DNA of 64,000 nt from Promethearchaeati archaeon (GCA_013166775.1 JABLTJ010000012.1:18132-82131), one strand, 5' to 3'; shown: positions 38,601 through 48,757, counted from the first letter of the stretch. Made by a program: numbers and translations. Notes: generated from the sequence alone by a model not told the origin.

Positions 38601-39931
38601 TTTAACCAAAAATATGCAAATGCAGAATAATTCTTAAGACCAAATAGTAATGGTTGTTCTGGGTAAAAAATAGAGAGATCAGAATACAGATTCATTGCAA
38701 TTACGAACTTACCTAGAAAATGAAAATTGGAAATTTGCTTAGTGCTCAAAGATGATGTATAGCTTACGAGATAAGACCCGTTTTCAAAAACATATGCAGA
38801 TGCTGAATAAAACGAATATCTTACTACTCCCCTTTCAAGAGTAATTTCTTCAGCAGATAAGGTATTTTCTTCTTCTGTTATGATTGTAATTTTCCCAGTA
38901 ACACTATAGTCATACCCATATCTAGATGCATCCTCAATATAGTATACATCACTGAATTCATCAAATACATAGTAAGTAGCATTCTCATAAGAATGTACAT
39001 GATATTCACTCATATAATACTTTTCAAGAGCTATAGACGTAAAAGATGATTCAGATATTGTTTCATTTATATCGAATTCAGCGGTATAAAAACTTCCATA
39101 GGACACGAAAGAAATATGGAATTTGTTATCAGATCCAACAGCTAAATCTGATTCGAACCAGTCCATTTCAAGTGTGATAGAGGTAGAATTATAATAACTC
39201 TCTACCTGATATCCGGTACTAAATCCAACTACAGTAAGAGTCATATTATAATGATCTTGACCATAATTAGAAAACTGAAGTAATCCAAATAACTCTCCAT
39301 TCATAATTGCTAAGGAGCGTAAATAATATGGGGAAAATGGTAACTCATAATTCTTGTTTATTACTGAACCATTTGGATAGATTGCTCTATGATAAATAAT
39401 TGAGTTGGCTTCCCAATTCTCGTCAACATACAGAAGATGAATGGCATCGTCTTCTACAAAGAAATAAGCAGATTCATGATACTCTTGAGAAATAAAGATT
39501 GAAGATATTTCAGAGTTTTCTTCAGTCCATTCATAGAGTCTTAAGATTGTACCGTAATGTTGACCACTAAGTGAATAGAAGAGATAAATCCCATCCCCTA
39601 CAGTTCTAGCTTCAAAAGTATAAGAAGCATAATAATCGCTTTCAATGACTCTTTCAATTTCATCATTTACAACATGTAAGATAACAAATGAATAATTAAA
39701 ATAACTAATCTGAACAAAGTAATGAGTCCTATCCTCAGAATCAAGCAAAGCTCTTGTTTGTATCCAACTTATATCATCAGAGCTTTTTGTATACATTATT
39801 GGTTGGTCAGTAACAACATCGGGGAGAGCAAAAGAATTTGTGGAACTTAGAAAAGTCATAAAGATAACAATTGCCAGAGCAACAGTAAGAATTTTTTTCC
39901 TTCCAAGTTTTAACATTACCATGGTTATCAC
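35669..39931 (-). CDS. Very large FtsX/MacB-type ABC permease with an extra N-terminal extracellular domain
   Basis: Signal peptide, ~410-aa beta-rich Tyr/Ser-rich domain, TM, two FtsX-like blocks (EIRILRSKGLS; HDVLKKIGIP); overlaps the ATPase start (GTGA). Confidence 0.8.
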   Translation of the reverse strand: MITMVMLKLGRKKILTVALAIVIFMTFLSSTNSFALPDVVTDQPIMYTKSSDDISWIQTRALLDSEDRTHYFVQISYFNYSFVILHVVNDEIERVIESDYYASYTFEARTVGDGIYLFYSLSGQHYGTILRLYEWTEENSEISSIFISQEYHESAYFFVEDDAIHLLYVDENWEANSIIYHRAIYPNGSVINKNYELPFSPYYLRSLAIMNGELFGLLQFSNYGQDHYNMTLTVVGFSTGYQVESYYNSTSITLEMDWFESDLAVGSDNKFHISFVSYGSFYTAEFDINETISESSFTSIALEKYYMSEYHVHSYENATYYVFDEFSDVYYIEDASRYGYDYSVTGKITIITEEENTLSAEEITLERGVVRYSFYSASAYVFENGSYLVSYTSSLSTKQISNFHFLGKFVIAMNLYSDLSIFYPEQPLLFGLKNYSAFAYFWLKYWYALAVPIAVFGLTYAIFHKRINRGIKKLKAFLLRPIIADVSKAKLVFTNIWLFFLNASSLIFVLWRTNKKRLVINLLGFTILATIIIASASLYDSKRNSLVFDYISNYDIYDNGTSSVYFSIPSIGVTIGDLTKNITEMAIEEIVNSIERNTVLFSRIITGYYYSLGSSLSIQVGLDDYIENHAYTESYNPLLKSLLEEGNLPTDSGDILISSYLQDLLDLQLGEIIDLPFSDNNLTIKGIISVPSYSVLISLCKELNLPKDPVNFLTNHNIALNPVDYFFKTYENVTSSSLYILGNIQFSYDFSDISPNEISVLNEELNTLVSRSPYSFSHLPQSIWIINNEFLYAFYGIESTLATAQILVLFILVPIIYLAWFLIFEVNELFGLSFEQEIRILRSKGLSTGNISFIYLSMKTIEAILSALIGFLITLALLPPLIRVDKFLEFKQTPAKISFTSVPLSVGITLILLILISFPRIVRMSKAEKKIQKTPRRLVKLLKILRLNHIFIIILGGIIAGIGIWLFSMFAFGFAVPGIASFALIFIYLMGIGVMVALLGVGLLMKDLHKILMIVLSKISWRIKKTKFSLSLVDVRSDINLFNNTFLTYVIIIGVIMPFILSPIAIQTKIQNETLLHGGSDLYISNWQDLDTSSILGKLNLYNEIDSISNISVYHNFYYYTSLYTLVYNNINDYLSSAFKPPKYIFEDWNDRVQETDLLDTMMVSRAFFNFVSREESSYTFSNGSAEFTFTISSTFNLYPIFYDEQESLLPSDYYFVTNKENYKKLNESTHEYEGNTIDRLLIKLKPTINQIKFAEQLEKDLNINVESTEEEADTLLIRDFPFYSLMTAEFVFGILICLVAIIFTSLSNPIKILQKRIIKHDVLKKIGIPSNNIILMTGLELLISAILPGLLLGGVAGYGLVRLTGFLMLSFTYSSIPYVIPYPYPAMLLIFLGIPILFYLIFFVAMKINFVRFTPRNLE

Positions 39932-40188
39932 TTACACTATTATAAATCTAGGTTAAAATATACTAATAAACTCTAAAAGATAATTGTGTATTCATTAACA
40001 CAAATGGATTAGGATTCATTATTCCTACAACTTCTTACTCTAAGAAAATGCATCCTTTGATTCTAAAGCAAATTCTTGAAATTAATTTTAGGGGTTCAAA
40101 ACTATATTTTCACACAAAATCTTATAATCAACTATCACATCTCTAGTAAAAATCTTTCTCTTTCAAACGACTAGGAGAGGTTTATAAA

Positions 40189-40998
40189 ATGAGTAAAATT
40201 ATCAATGATTTTCGTCATTATCCTAAATGGATAAAAAACATCATGAATAGATTTATGCATAGATTATTGTTGTCAAAATATGACTATTCCGATTTAAAAT
40301 TCTTAAACTATGGGTATGAAAACTTAGATTCTGAAAGAGAAGATCTTGAATTAGAGGAAGATGATGAGTCGGAACGTTATTGTCTTCAACTCTATAATCA
40401 TACTATAAGTGGAGTTGATCTTAAAGGGAAGGATATCTTAGAAGTTGGAAGTGGACGTGGTGGTGGTGCATCTTTTATTACACGTTACTATGATCCAAAT
40501 TCGTATATTGGTCTAGATCTTTCAAAAAAATTGATTCGTTTTTGTAATAAGAACTGCAATCTGCCAGGTCTTTCATTCGTCTACGGTAACGCTGAGAACC
40601 TCCCATTTGATGGTAATTCATTTGATGCTATAGTGAATATTGAATCTTCTAGAGATTATTGTAATGTTGACATTTTCTTGACTGAAGCATACCGAGTTCT
40701 TCGTCAAGGTGGCTTTCTACTTTTTGCTGATTTGAGAACAGTTGAAGGCAAAGAAATATTGAAAAATCAAATCAATGAAGCAGGTTTTGATATAACAGAA
40801 GAAGAGGATATTACAAAAAATACACTGAAAGCTCTTGATTTAGATTATAAAAGAAGATACAAATTAGTTGACGACAAAGCTCCTCGTTTTCTGGAAAAAC
40901 TAGGAAAAGAATGGTCGGGTCTTAGGGGTACAGAGAGATATGAATCATTTGCAGAGGGTTCTTTGATTTACCTAAGATATTTATTAAAGAAACCATAA
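40189..40998 (+). CDS. Class I SAM-dependent methyltransferase (fatty-acid/lipid O-methyltransferase-like)
   Basis: FLNYGY, ERYCLQLY, LEVGSGRGGG, GNAENLPF, NIESS, RVLRQGG. Confidence 0.85.
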   Translation: MSKIINDFRHYPKWIKNIMNRFMHRLLLSKYDYSDLKFLNYGYENLDSEREDLELEEDDESERYCLQLYNHTISGVDLKGKDILEVGSGRGGGASFITRYYDPNSYIGLDLSKKLIRFCNKNCNLPGLSFVYGNAENLPFDGNSFDAIVNIESSRDYCNVDIFLTEAYRVLRQGGFLLFADLRTVEGKEILKNQINEAGFDITEEEDITKNTLKALDLDYKRRYKLVDDKAPRFLEKLGKEWSGLRGTERYESFAEGSLIYLRYLLKKP

Positions 40999-41055
40999 AC
41001 TATGAATTATATTTTAAGTATAATTTTAAGAATTAAAAAAAAGAAATAAAGAGAA

Positions 41056-41981
41056 TTATTTTTTAGACTTCTTGAAAGAAGATGTTGTTTTAAGCACAAA
41101 GAAAGTAGCAACGCTGAGAATTATTTGAAATCCTCCAAGAATTCCTGCTAAGACAAGAATTTCTCCCATTCGTAATGCTTTAAAGAAACCTAATCCAGAT
41201 ACGTCATCATTTATTACTATAGAATTTACATTAGACGAATCACTTTCTCCAAAATCATTTTTAGCTACAATTGAATAATAATAGGTACCGGTTTCATTGA
41301 TGGTATCGAAAAAACTACTAGTAGTTACAGAAGCAATAGGAGTCAAACTTGAGATTGACCAAATGTAAACTTCTTCTCTATAGATATCGTAATCTGTTGC
41401 ACTTAGGGAATCACTCCAATCAACACTCAAATCACCAAGTGGTGCAGGATTTTGAGTAAATGGAGCTAAAATAGGTATTTCTGGTGGTTCTACTAGCTTA
41501 TTATAGAAAACATCCCATTCAGATCCAGCACTTAAAACATCTTCATAATCTGTCCATACTACATGTATATTTCCAAGAGAATCAATTGCTAGCCGAGGAG
41601 CTTCATTAGTTACAGTACTTTCAGTAGAAACAAGCTCAAAACTAGACCAGGTTTCAGATGCATAATCCCAATTCATATAAAAAATATCAACATCTGAACC
41701 TGAACCTGCAAGATCATTTGTATAATCTTGCCAAACAATGTGAATATTGTTTGAATCATCAATTATCATCTCTACATTAAAAGCATTCGCATCTCCTTCA
41801 GTTAAAACTTCAATATCTGTCCAGAACCAATTAGAATAATCAACACTGCTTAAAGATATTTCAGAGTTTTCGTCACCTGCATAAGCTAAAATATTACTAG
41901 AGTAAATTAGGGGAGAGATAAGAATAACAAAACAAAAATCTGTAAGAATCTTTTTTTCAGAATAAACACCAATATCGACAT
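41056..41981 (-). pseudogene. Frameshifted, internally shortened (2-blade) member C of the propeller/FnIII/TM surface-protein family
   Basis: ATG at 41981 gives MSILVFILKKRFLQIFVLLFLSLP* (signal-like). The mature frame (...LIYSSNILAYAG..NWFWTDIEVL..MIIDDS) is shifted by one base. Only two repeats precede the FnIII/TM. Confidence 0.65.
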
Positions 41982-42095
41982 GGCTGCCTCTAATCTAAAA
42001 AGATTATTCACAAAGAAAAAGAGAAATTTTGATTGGATTCCTATATTCGAAAGAGTAATATTATTAAATAACATAATGATGTTTATCTGATAATA

Positions 42096-43328
42096 TTGAA
42101 AAAAATTATTAAAGCAGCTCCTGATTATTTACCTTTAAGTATTCTTGAATTTATAAGACATTTTGCTAATCTTCTTACTCGAAAAAAGTATAACCTCTGG
42201 ATAAATTACGACTATTATACAAAGATAATAGGATATTCATGCAGGTCACTATTTGAAGTTTGTATGGAGTATTTTCACAAAGATGATTTAACAATCGCTA
42301 CCTCACCTTTACATCACACTTCTTTTAGAAATATAATTGAAAGATTTGTAAAGCCTGAAAATATACACATAATCAAGTTAAATAGTAATTATAATGAAAT
42401 TGAAAAAATTCCTGAAATGGAAAAATGCGATTTAGTAATTATAACTCACTTATTTGGTCAAGACATGGATTTATCTTGTTTATTAGAATTTAAAGAAAAA
42501 CATAACTGTATAATTATAGAAGATAGAGTTCAAGGTGGAACTCTTGATTTAGAATTCAGTACCGATATTGTTGATATCTCTCTTTATTCAATGGCTATGG
42601 ATAAAAGACCTGTTGCTCTAGGGGGAGGATTCATGAATATTATTAATAAACGTGAAAAGTTAATTGAAGATGCAAAAAAAAGGATTGAAACATTACCAAG
42701 AGAAAAAAGAAGGAAGAGGTTTTTTGATTTACTAAAAAAAATCCCTACTTATATAATATATAATAGTAGAACGTTTCTATTCATAGTTATGAATATAATC
42801 AGATTTCTAAGTGTTTTTAGTAGAAGAATAAGTTTATTGAAAATTACCATATCTTATAGAACTAAAAATCCAGGTTTTAGTCATTTTGATTATATGCTGA
42901 AACCATCAAATGCGTTATTAAAATCAATGTTTAAAAAATTTGAAAACTATGAGAAAATGGAAAAATTATATAGAGAGAAATTTACACTTTTCTTTAATTG
43001 TTTTTCTCCAAATATAATTTCCTACTTCTTCCCATGGATTAAGGATTATGCCTGTCTAACACCATATAATACCATTTTGATAGAAGAACATCTAGTAGAT
43101 CAATTTCTCGAATTTTTAAATAATGATTTTGTGTTTTGTATCCCTAAACCTACTTATAAAGTGTTTAATTTTTCTTATGAGAATGATTCAATAGATAAGA
43201 AATTCAATATTGGAATAATATATCTCCCTTCACTTGCAAATATGAAACTGAAAGAGATTAAATATCTATCTAGTAAAGTAAAGGAATTTTATGATACAAT
43301 TTATTCTGAGAAAGAAAAGAAAAAATAG
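42096..43328 (+). CDS. DegT/DnrJ/EryC1/StrS-like PLP-dependent enzyme (divergent)
   Basis: IITHLFGQ, IIIEDRVQG (PLP Asp), SLYSMAMDK (PLP Lys), ALGGG, C-terminal IYLP. Confidence 0.7.
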   Translation: MKKIIKAAPDYLPLSILEFIRHFANLLTRKKYNLWINYDYYTKIIGYSCRSLFEVCMEYFHKDDLTIATSPLHHTSFRNIIERFVKPENIHIIKLNSNYNEIEKIPEMEKCDLVIITHLFGQDMDLSCLLEFKEKHNCIIIEDRVQGGTLDLEFSTDIVDISLYSMAMDKRPVALGGGFMNIINKREKLIEDAKKRIETLPREKRRKRFFDLLKKIPTYIIYNSRTFLFIVMNIIRFLSVFSRRISLLKITISYRTKNPGFSHFDYMLKPSNALLKSMFKKFENYEKMEKLYREKFTLFFNCFSPNIISYFFPWIKDYACLTPYNTILIEEHLVDQFLEFLNNDFVFCIPKPTYKVFNFSYENDSIDKKFNIGIIYLPSLANMKLKEIKYLSSKVKEFYDTIYSEKEKKK

Positions 43329-43539
43329 AAACGGTTTTTCAATATTTTCAATTGTATAAGGAGTTTTCTAAGTGAGATTATTTGTTAAGATTTTACTTTT
43401 CCTTCTATTTCTTCTTTTTCTCATAACGTAAATTGTTCTTATAATTGTTTAAATTTTTAGTTCAAAATTCCTTGTTTAGTTCCCATTTAAAAGGGAAAAG
43501 ATGAAGTATAGGTTATATATCAACACAGAAAGCTTTATC

Positions 43540-44139
43540 TTATTTCTTCGCTTTTAGGAGATACCAGTGTTTATGAATTTCTGTTAATTTCACTTTGAAT
43601 CCTATAGCTTGAAGCATTTCTTTAGTTAACTCTGCATTCTGTTTTTTTGATGGCACACCATAAGCTGTTCTAACAGCTGTTTTATCTGGAAAAATAACCT
43701 TTATCTTAATCAGAAAAACACCTTCTTCTTTTGCAATAGATGCATCCCATATCCAAAATTCTCCTTTTTGAGAAATGACTCTATAGACTTCTTTGAACAC
43801 TTCTCTTTTATCCTCGTTTGACATGTACATGATACTGAAAAAAGCTGTTGCGCTATCAAATTGTCCATCAGAGAATTTCAGATTTCTTGCATCAGCTAGT
43901 ATCCATTTAGCTTCTGGAGCTTTATGTTGAGCTTCATCTATTTCACTTTGAAGTTTATCTACAACTGTAATTCTGTCTCTTCCAATTTGTGCAATGATTC
44001 CTTCTCCACCTCCACCAATGTCAATAACAGAATTTTCTGGGATCGATTTGATTTCTATTTTGTGTGTTCTTTTTATTAATAGCTGAAGGATAAACTTTGC
44101 ATAATTGGATTTCTTAGATTTTTTCGGAGGTGTAGTCAT
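43540..44139 (-). CDS. Class I SAM-dependent methyltransferase
   Basis: VIDIGGGGEGII, ADARNLKFSDGQFD, EVYRVI. Confidence 0.88.
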   Translation of the reverse strand: MTTPPKKSKKSNYAKFILQLLIKRTHKIEIKSIPENSVIDIGGGGEGIIAQIGRDRITVVDKLQSEIDEAQHKAPEAKWILADARNLKFSDGQFDSATAFFSIMYMSNEDKREVFKEVYRVISQKGEFWIWDASIAKEEGVFLIKIKVIFPDKTAVRTAYGVPSKKQNAELTKEMLQAIGFKVKLTEIHKHWYLLKAKK

Positions 44140-44384
44140 ATTGAAAGATAATTAATTCAGCTTAAAATTCTTTCTCATTATTTTGTAATGTTTCAAGCTG
44201 ATTAGCTTATTATTTCATGAAGCTAATAGAGAGATTAAGATTAGTATTAACATTATCATTTTGTTAGTTTTAATAATATCACATCTAACAAATCATGAAT
44301 TTTATTTCACAATATATAAAGATATCTTGGACAAAATGAGATAGAAAAAAAAGAGCTCCCGTTAAGAATGAAAGAGAAGAAGAA

Positions 44385-46184
44385 TTACTTCTTCTTTCCA
44401 CTTTTAGGTCTACTTGTGGATTGAATTTTACTACTTAGAAGAGCGTATGTAAGAACAGAGAATATCAACTGAAATCCCAGAACTATTCCTGCAAATACAA
44501 GTATCTCACTAAGCTCAAGTGAAGCGAAGAATCCTGTACCTCTTACTACTTCAACAAACACAGTGTTTGAAATAAGACTATCTCCATAGTCATTTGTAGC
44601 AACAATTGCGTAATAGTAGATGCCTGTGGTATCAACTGTATCAGTGAAGTATGAATTATTAGTCGTAGCTATTGGGATTAATCCTGTAACTGAAGAGAAT
44701 GGAGAAGTTTCTCTGTAGATTGAGAAGTTTTTAGCACCTTGTATTGCTGACCAACTCAAAGCAATGTTTCCAACAGAGCTTGGATTTGGATTTATTTCTT
44801 CTAAGATAGGTTGCATCGGAGCTCCTACAAATTTCTTGTAAAAGAGATCTTGATCGGGACCAGCTCCTAATATTGAAGAAGTATCAAGAAATATCATATG
44901 CACATGACCTAGTGAATCAACAGCTAAAACGGGGAATGAAGCTATTCCTTCATGATCATATGTAAGAACACTTAGGGACGACCAAATATTTGTATTTAAA
45001 TCAAGATATTTGAAAAATATGTTATCGTTGGAACTTGGACCTCCAACATCTGTAGTGTCTTGCCAAGCTAAGTAGAGATAATCTGTACCATCGATTTCGA
45101 TTTCTAAGTTCCAAGAATTTCCAGTACTCTCAGTTGAGATAACATCTGTTATAGACCAAGAATTTGAATTGGGATTATACTTCCTGTGAAAGATATCAAA
45201 ATCTACTCCAGAATCTAAATAATCTGTATAATCGTACCAAACAAGATGAATCATACCATCAGTACTTGTTGACATTTTGGCTTTGTATGATTCACCATCG
45301 CTAACAGAACTGATTAGTTGAGTTGAAGACCATGTCGTAAGATCGCTATCAAGTTTTCTAAAGAATATATCTGTATCTGCTCCAGCGGCTATAATATTTG
45401 TAGAATCATGCCAAGCAATAATTATGTTCTCTTGAGAATCAAGTTGAATTTCTGGGAGATACGCATTCATTGTACTCAGATCAGAAACCATTTCAGCAAC
45501 TGACCATACTCCCGCTGCTGTTCTATATTTGTAAAGTATATCTTGATCAGCATCAGCATCAATGAAAGTCGCAGGATCTTCCCATACTACATGAGCAAAA
45601 CCATTGGAATCAGCAACAATTGCTAAGTAAACAGAAACATCGACACTTTCCGTTGAAACAACTTCTACTACACCCCATCCTGAGGAGGTTTTCTGTCTAT
45701 AAAATATATCTGGATCTAATCCTGAACTTAAGATATCGTCTCCTTCACGCCAAGCAATATGCACTGTTCCTAAAGGATCAACAGCAATCACTGATATTTC
45801 AGAATAATCTGAACTACCTTCAGATACAAGTTCTAATTCTGACCAGCTTTTAAGCTCATAATCATATTTCCTGTAGAACACATCTCTATCGGTACCTGAA
45901 CTCAGAAGATCATCAGTTCCATAGGTTATAACGTGTAAGTTATTATCTGCATCAATTGCCATATCAGATATATAGTTTGTATTATCGAACTCAGCTGTGA
46001 GAAGTTCTACAGGTTCCCACCACCATGCAGAGAAATCGTTACTAAATTTATATTGTTCTTTTAGATTTTCATATAACATTGCATTAGTTTGTGTTGAAAT
46101 TGGTATAATCATTATCAACACTACAATAATGCTCAAAGCTACTTTTTTTGCTCTAATAAAAATCACCAAAAATATGATTATCAC
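44385..46184 (-). CDS. Cell-surface beta-propeller/FnIII/TM protein (family member D)
   Basis: Seven repeats, FnIII, TM EILVFAGIVLGFQ, basic tail; start uncertain. Confidence 0.8.
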   Translation of the reverse strand: MIIIFLVIFIRAKKVALSIIVVLIMIIPISTQTNAMLYENLKEQYKFSNDFSAWWWEPVELLTAEFDNTNYISDMAIDADNNLHVITYGTDDLLSSGTDRDVFYRKYDYELKSWSELELVSEGSSDYSEISVIAVDPLGTVHIAWREGDDILSSGLDPDIFYRQKTSSGWGVVEVVSTESVDVSVYLAIVADSNGFAHVVWEDPATFIDADADQDILYKYRTAAGVWSVAEMVSDLSTMNAYLPEIQLDSQENIIIAWHDSTNIIAAGADTDIFFRKLDSDLTTWSSTQLISSVSDGESYKAKMSTSTDGMIHLVWYDYTDYLDSGVDFDIFHRKYNPNSNSWSITDVISTESTGNSWNLEIEIDGTDYLYLAWQDTTDVGGPSSNDNIFFKYLDLNTNIWSSLSVLTYDHEGIASFPVLAVDSLGHVHMIFLDTSSILGAGPDQDLFYKKFVGAPMQPILEEINPNPSSVGNIALSWSAIQGAKNFSIYRETSPFSSVTGLIPIATTNNSYFTDTVDTTGIYYYAIVATNDYGDSLISNTVFVEVVRGTGFFASLELSEILVFAGIVLGFQLIFSVLTYALLSSKIQSTSRPKSGKKK

Positions 46185-46295
46185 TGTTATCTATAAATAT
46201 TCTGCAAAAACTTACATCTTTAAAGGAGTTTATTAGGAATTTTAAATTTTTCACTAAATCGAAGGTTTAAATATCACTCAATTACATTCTCTATA

Positions 46296-47351
46296 ATGTC
46301 CTTCAGAATACTTGATATTGACCCAAACAGCTCTCCAAAAAAGATACTGGACAAATACGTAGCTTTTTTCGATAAGCTTCAAAAAGAGCATTCACCAAAG
46401 GATCCTCTTACACCAAAAGAAATTCAACTAAAGAGAATGAAAGTTGAAAGAGCTGGAGAAATTAGAATTAGAAAAGCTGTTCTTTTTGAGAAACGCAATA
46501 TTATAGTTGCTAGGCTCTATATGTTATATTTTACAGAGGAGAGTCATGAATTTGAAAAGAATAAACACATCGTTTATTTGGACATAAATATTCTAAAGGA
46601 GTTTAAAGATAGTGATGTTGCACAAGAACTCCTTCTATCGGCTTTAGAAATAATAAAACAAAATGATTTGATTACTACACTAGAAGTATGTTCTGTATAT
46701 CAAAGAGATTGGGAATTCTGGGAGAAACTTGGACTTGAGTTAACAATCGAAGAAGGAGTTAACAGGCTTTATCTTGATGAAACAAATTGGGATCTAATGA
46801 AAGAGTGGGTAGAAGAGGGTCAAAAAAGAGCTCAAAAGGAAGAAATAGAGATTATTGCTTTCAAGGAATGCCCTGACGAGTTAATTGAAGAGTATACAGC
46901 GCTTTATACTGAGATTTTAAAACTTGTTCCATTTGGTGATTCTGCTTGGGCACCTTCAGATATATCATCTAAGACACTGAGAGAAATTGAAGAAAAGCAT
47001 AGGGAAAGAGGTTATGACTGGTGGATTCTTGTGACAAAAGAAAAGGATGGAAATTTAAGTGCAATCACAGAGATTTATTTTTCTCCTGATACAGCACATC
47101 GTGTCAGTCAAGAGTTAACTGGAGTAAAGCTAGGAAATCGTGATAGAGGGTTAGGGAAATGGTTGAAAGCTGAAATGTTGTTTTATATTAAGGAGAATCT
47201 TCCTAAAACGATTTTTGTTCAAACAGGAAATGCAGATTTTAACGCACCTATGTTGTCCATCAATGAGAGAATGGGATTCAAAAGACATCTTTCAGAAAAA
47301 TGCTACAAGATCAAAATAGAAGAACTAGAAAAGAACTTGAAACAGCTCTAA
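46296..47351 (+). CDS. Tandem-GNAT N-acetyltransferase
   Basis: QELTGV....RDRGLGKWLKAEML, TGNADFNAPMLSINERMGF. Confidence 0.88.
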   Translation: MSFRILDIDPNSSPKKILDKYVAFFDKLQKEHSPKDPLTPKEIQLKRMKVERAGEIRIRKAVLFEKRNIIVARLYMLYFTEESHEFEKNKHIVYLDINILKEFKDSDVAQELLLSALEIIKQNDLITTLEVCSVYQRDWEFWEKLGLELTIEEGVNRLYLDETNWDLMKEWVEEGQKRAQKEEIEIIAFKECPDELIEEYTALYTEILKLVPFGDSAWAPSDISSKTLREIEEKHRERGYDWWILVTKEKDGNLSAITEIYFSPDTAHRVSQELTGVKLGNRDRGLGKWLKAEMLFYIKENLPKTIFVQTGNADFNAPMLSINERMGFKRHLSEKCYKIKIEELEKNLKQL

Positions 47352-47389
47352 TTAACAAACCGATAAGCTAAAGTTGAGTTGAAATCTCA

Positions 47390-48724
47390 TCAGAACTTCT
47401 TATCTGTTTGAAATCCGGATATTTTGAAGAATCTCGAGAGCAACCATTCGAAAGAACCTTTGAAATCAAACAAATTCCAAATAAACGCAACTATGAACCA
47501 GAATATTACCAGGAATAAACCATAGAGAATGCACGACCAGATATAATTATTCCAACCGGGAATGATGAGATTCAGGATCAGTGCAAATGTTTCTGAAATT
47601 GGTCTCTCTAACAAGAAAAATGTTAGAGAATTAGTACTAAACCTTAGGAAAATTGTTGAAATTTTCTTTTTATCTCGGTGAGAAGGATTTGTCTTATCTC
47701 CTCTCTTGTTGAAAAAGAGCAGTAGTATCGGTATCCCTACAACTATAAAGAATCCAATTTCAAACATAACTATAATGTAGTCAAAGAAAACATCATCCAG
47801 TAATCCTAAAGACTCATAGATTGAATCAGGAATGATGAACGCTACTATTGCTGCTACAATCCACCCAACGCCTATCCAGATCAGCCTTCTTATTTTCTTT
47901 TTTGATGGATTGTAAGTAAGGATTATACCAAAATATGCACCTATAAGTCCAAACCCAAGATAAGGTAATAATGGAAAATAATTTCCTGCTACAATATCAA
48001 TAAGATATGCAACAATATAATTTTCTCCATCAATCGCATTACTAAAATCATCATACAGATATATTCTCACAAAAGACACCATTATGATTACAATTCCAAG
48101 AATTAGTAGGATTATTCTCCTCTTCTTCTCTTTGAATTTCTGTTCATTTTTAAAGAGAAAAGTAAAGAATAAACCCATTATAATCAGATTCCATCCAAGC
48201 ATTGAAAAAACGGAACCTTGAATTATTTTTGCAGGTGCAACAGAGTAAAATTGACCCGTTCGAATTACTCCAGGCAAAAGAGAATGACTGATGTCTCCTG
48301 TTACAAAATCAAGTTGAAATGGACCCACAAGATAGTTGTAAGCAATATTCATTATTAGGAAAAAAACTCCTAGAAAAATCCATCTTATTCCAAAAGCCTT
48401 CCAGGAAGGTTTTGATATGTTGTTTCCAAAGTTATTTTCTAAACGCTTAAAGCTTGAATAGGTGTTTACAATCGCAGAAATAAATGCGAATAAACCAGCC
48501 CAGTTAAGAACCACATATATTATCATGAAAAACGGATTTAGATTATCCAGATCTATTGATTGAATTAAACCATAATGGTAAACTATTCCATGAATAAAAA
48601 TAATCATTATAATACCTATCGCACGGATATAATCAAAAAAGAACCAACGTTGAGTTTTCCCTAATTCTTCATTAGAAGGTTCAATATCTGTCGTAGTTAA
48701 AACATTAGAATCTGAATTTGTCAT
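47390..48724 (-). CDS. Multi-pass membrane acyltransferase-like protein (DUF1624/HGSNAT-like)
   Basis: RWFFFDYIRAIGIIMIIFIH, FPLLPYLGFGLIG, NSLTFF, GSFEW. Confidence 0.7.
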   Translation of the reverse strand: MTNSDSNVLTTTDIEPSNEELGKTQRWFFFDYIRAIGIIMIIFIHGIVYHYGLIQSIDLDNLNPFFMIIYVVLNWAGLFAFISAIVNTYSSFKRLENNFGNNISKPSWKAFGIRWIFLGVFFLIMNIAYNYLVGPFQLDFVTGDISHSLLPGVIRTGQFYSVAPAKIIQGSVFSMLGWNLIIMGLFFTFLFKNEQKFKEKKRRIILLILGIVIIMVSFVRIYLYDDFSNAIDGENYIVAYLIDIVAGNYFPLLPYLGFGLIGAYFGIILTYNPSKKKIRRLIWIGVGWIVAAIVAFIIPDSIYESLGLLDDVFFDYIIVMFEIGFFIVVGIPILLLFFNKRGDKTNPSHRDKKKISTIFLRFSTNSLTFFLLERPISETFALILNLIIPGWNNYIWSCILYGLFLVIFWFIVAFIWNLFDFKGSFEWLLSRFFKISGFQTDKKF

Positions 48725-48757
48725 ACGTATTCAACATCAAATCCGGCTTCTACTAAT

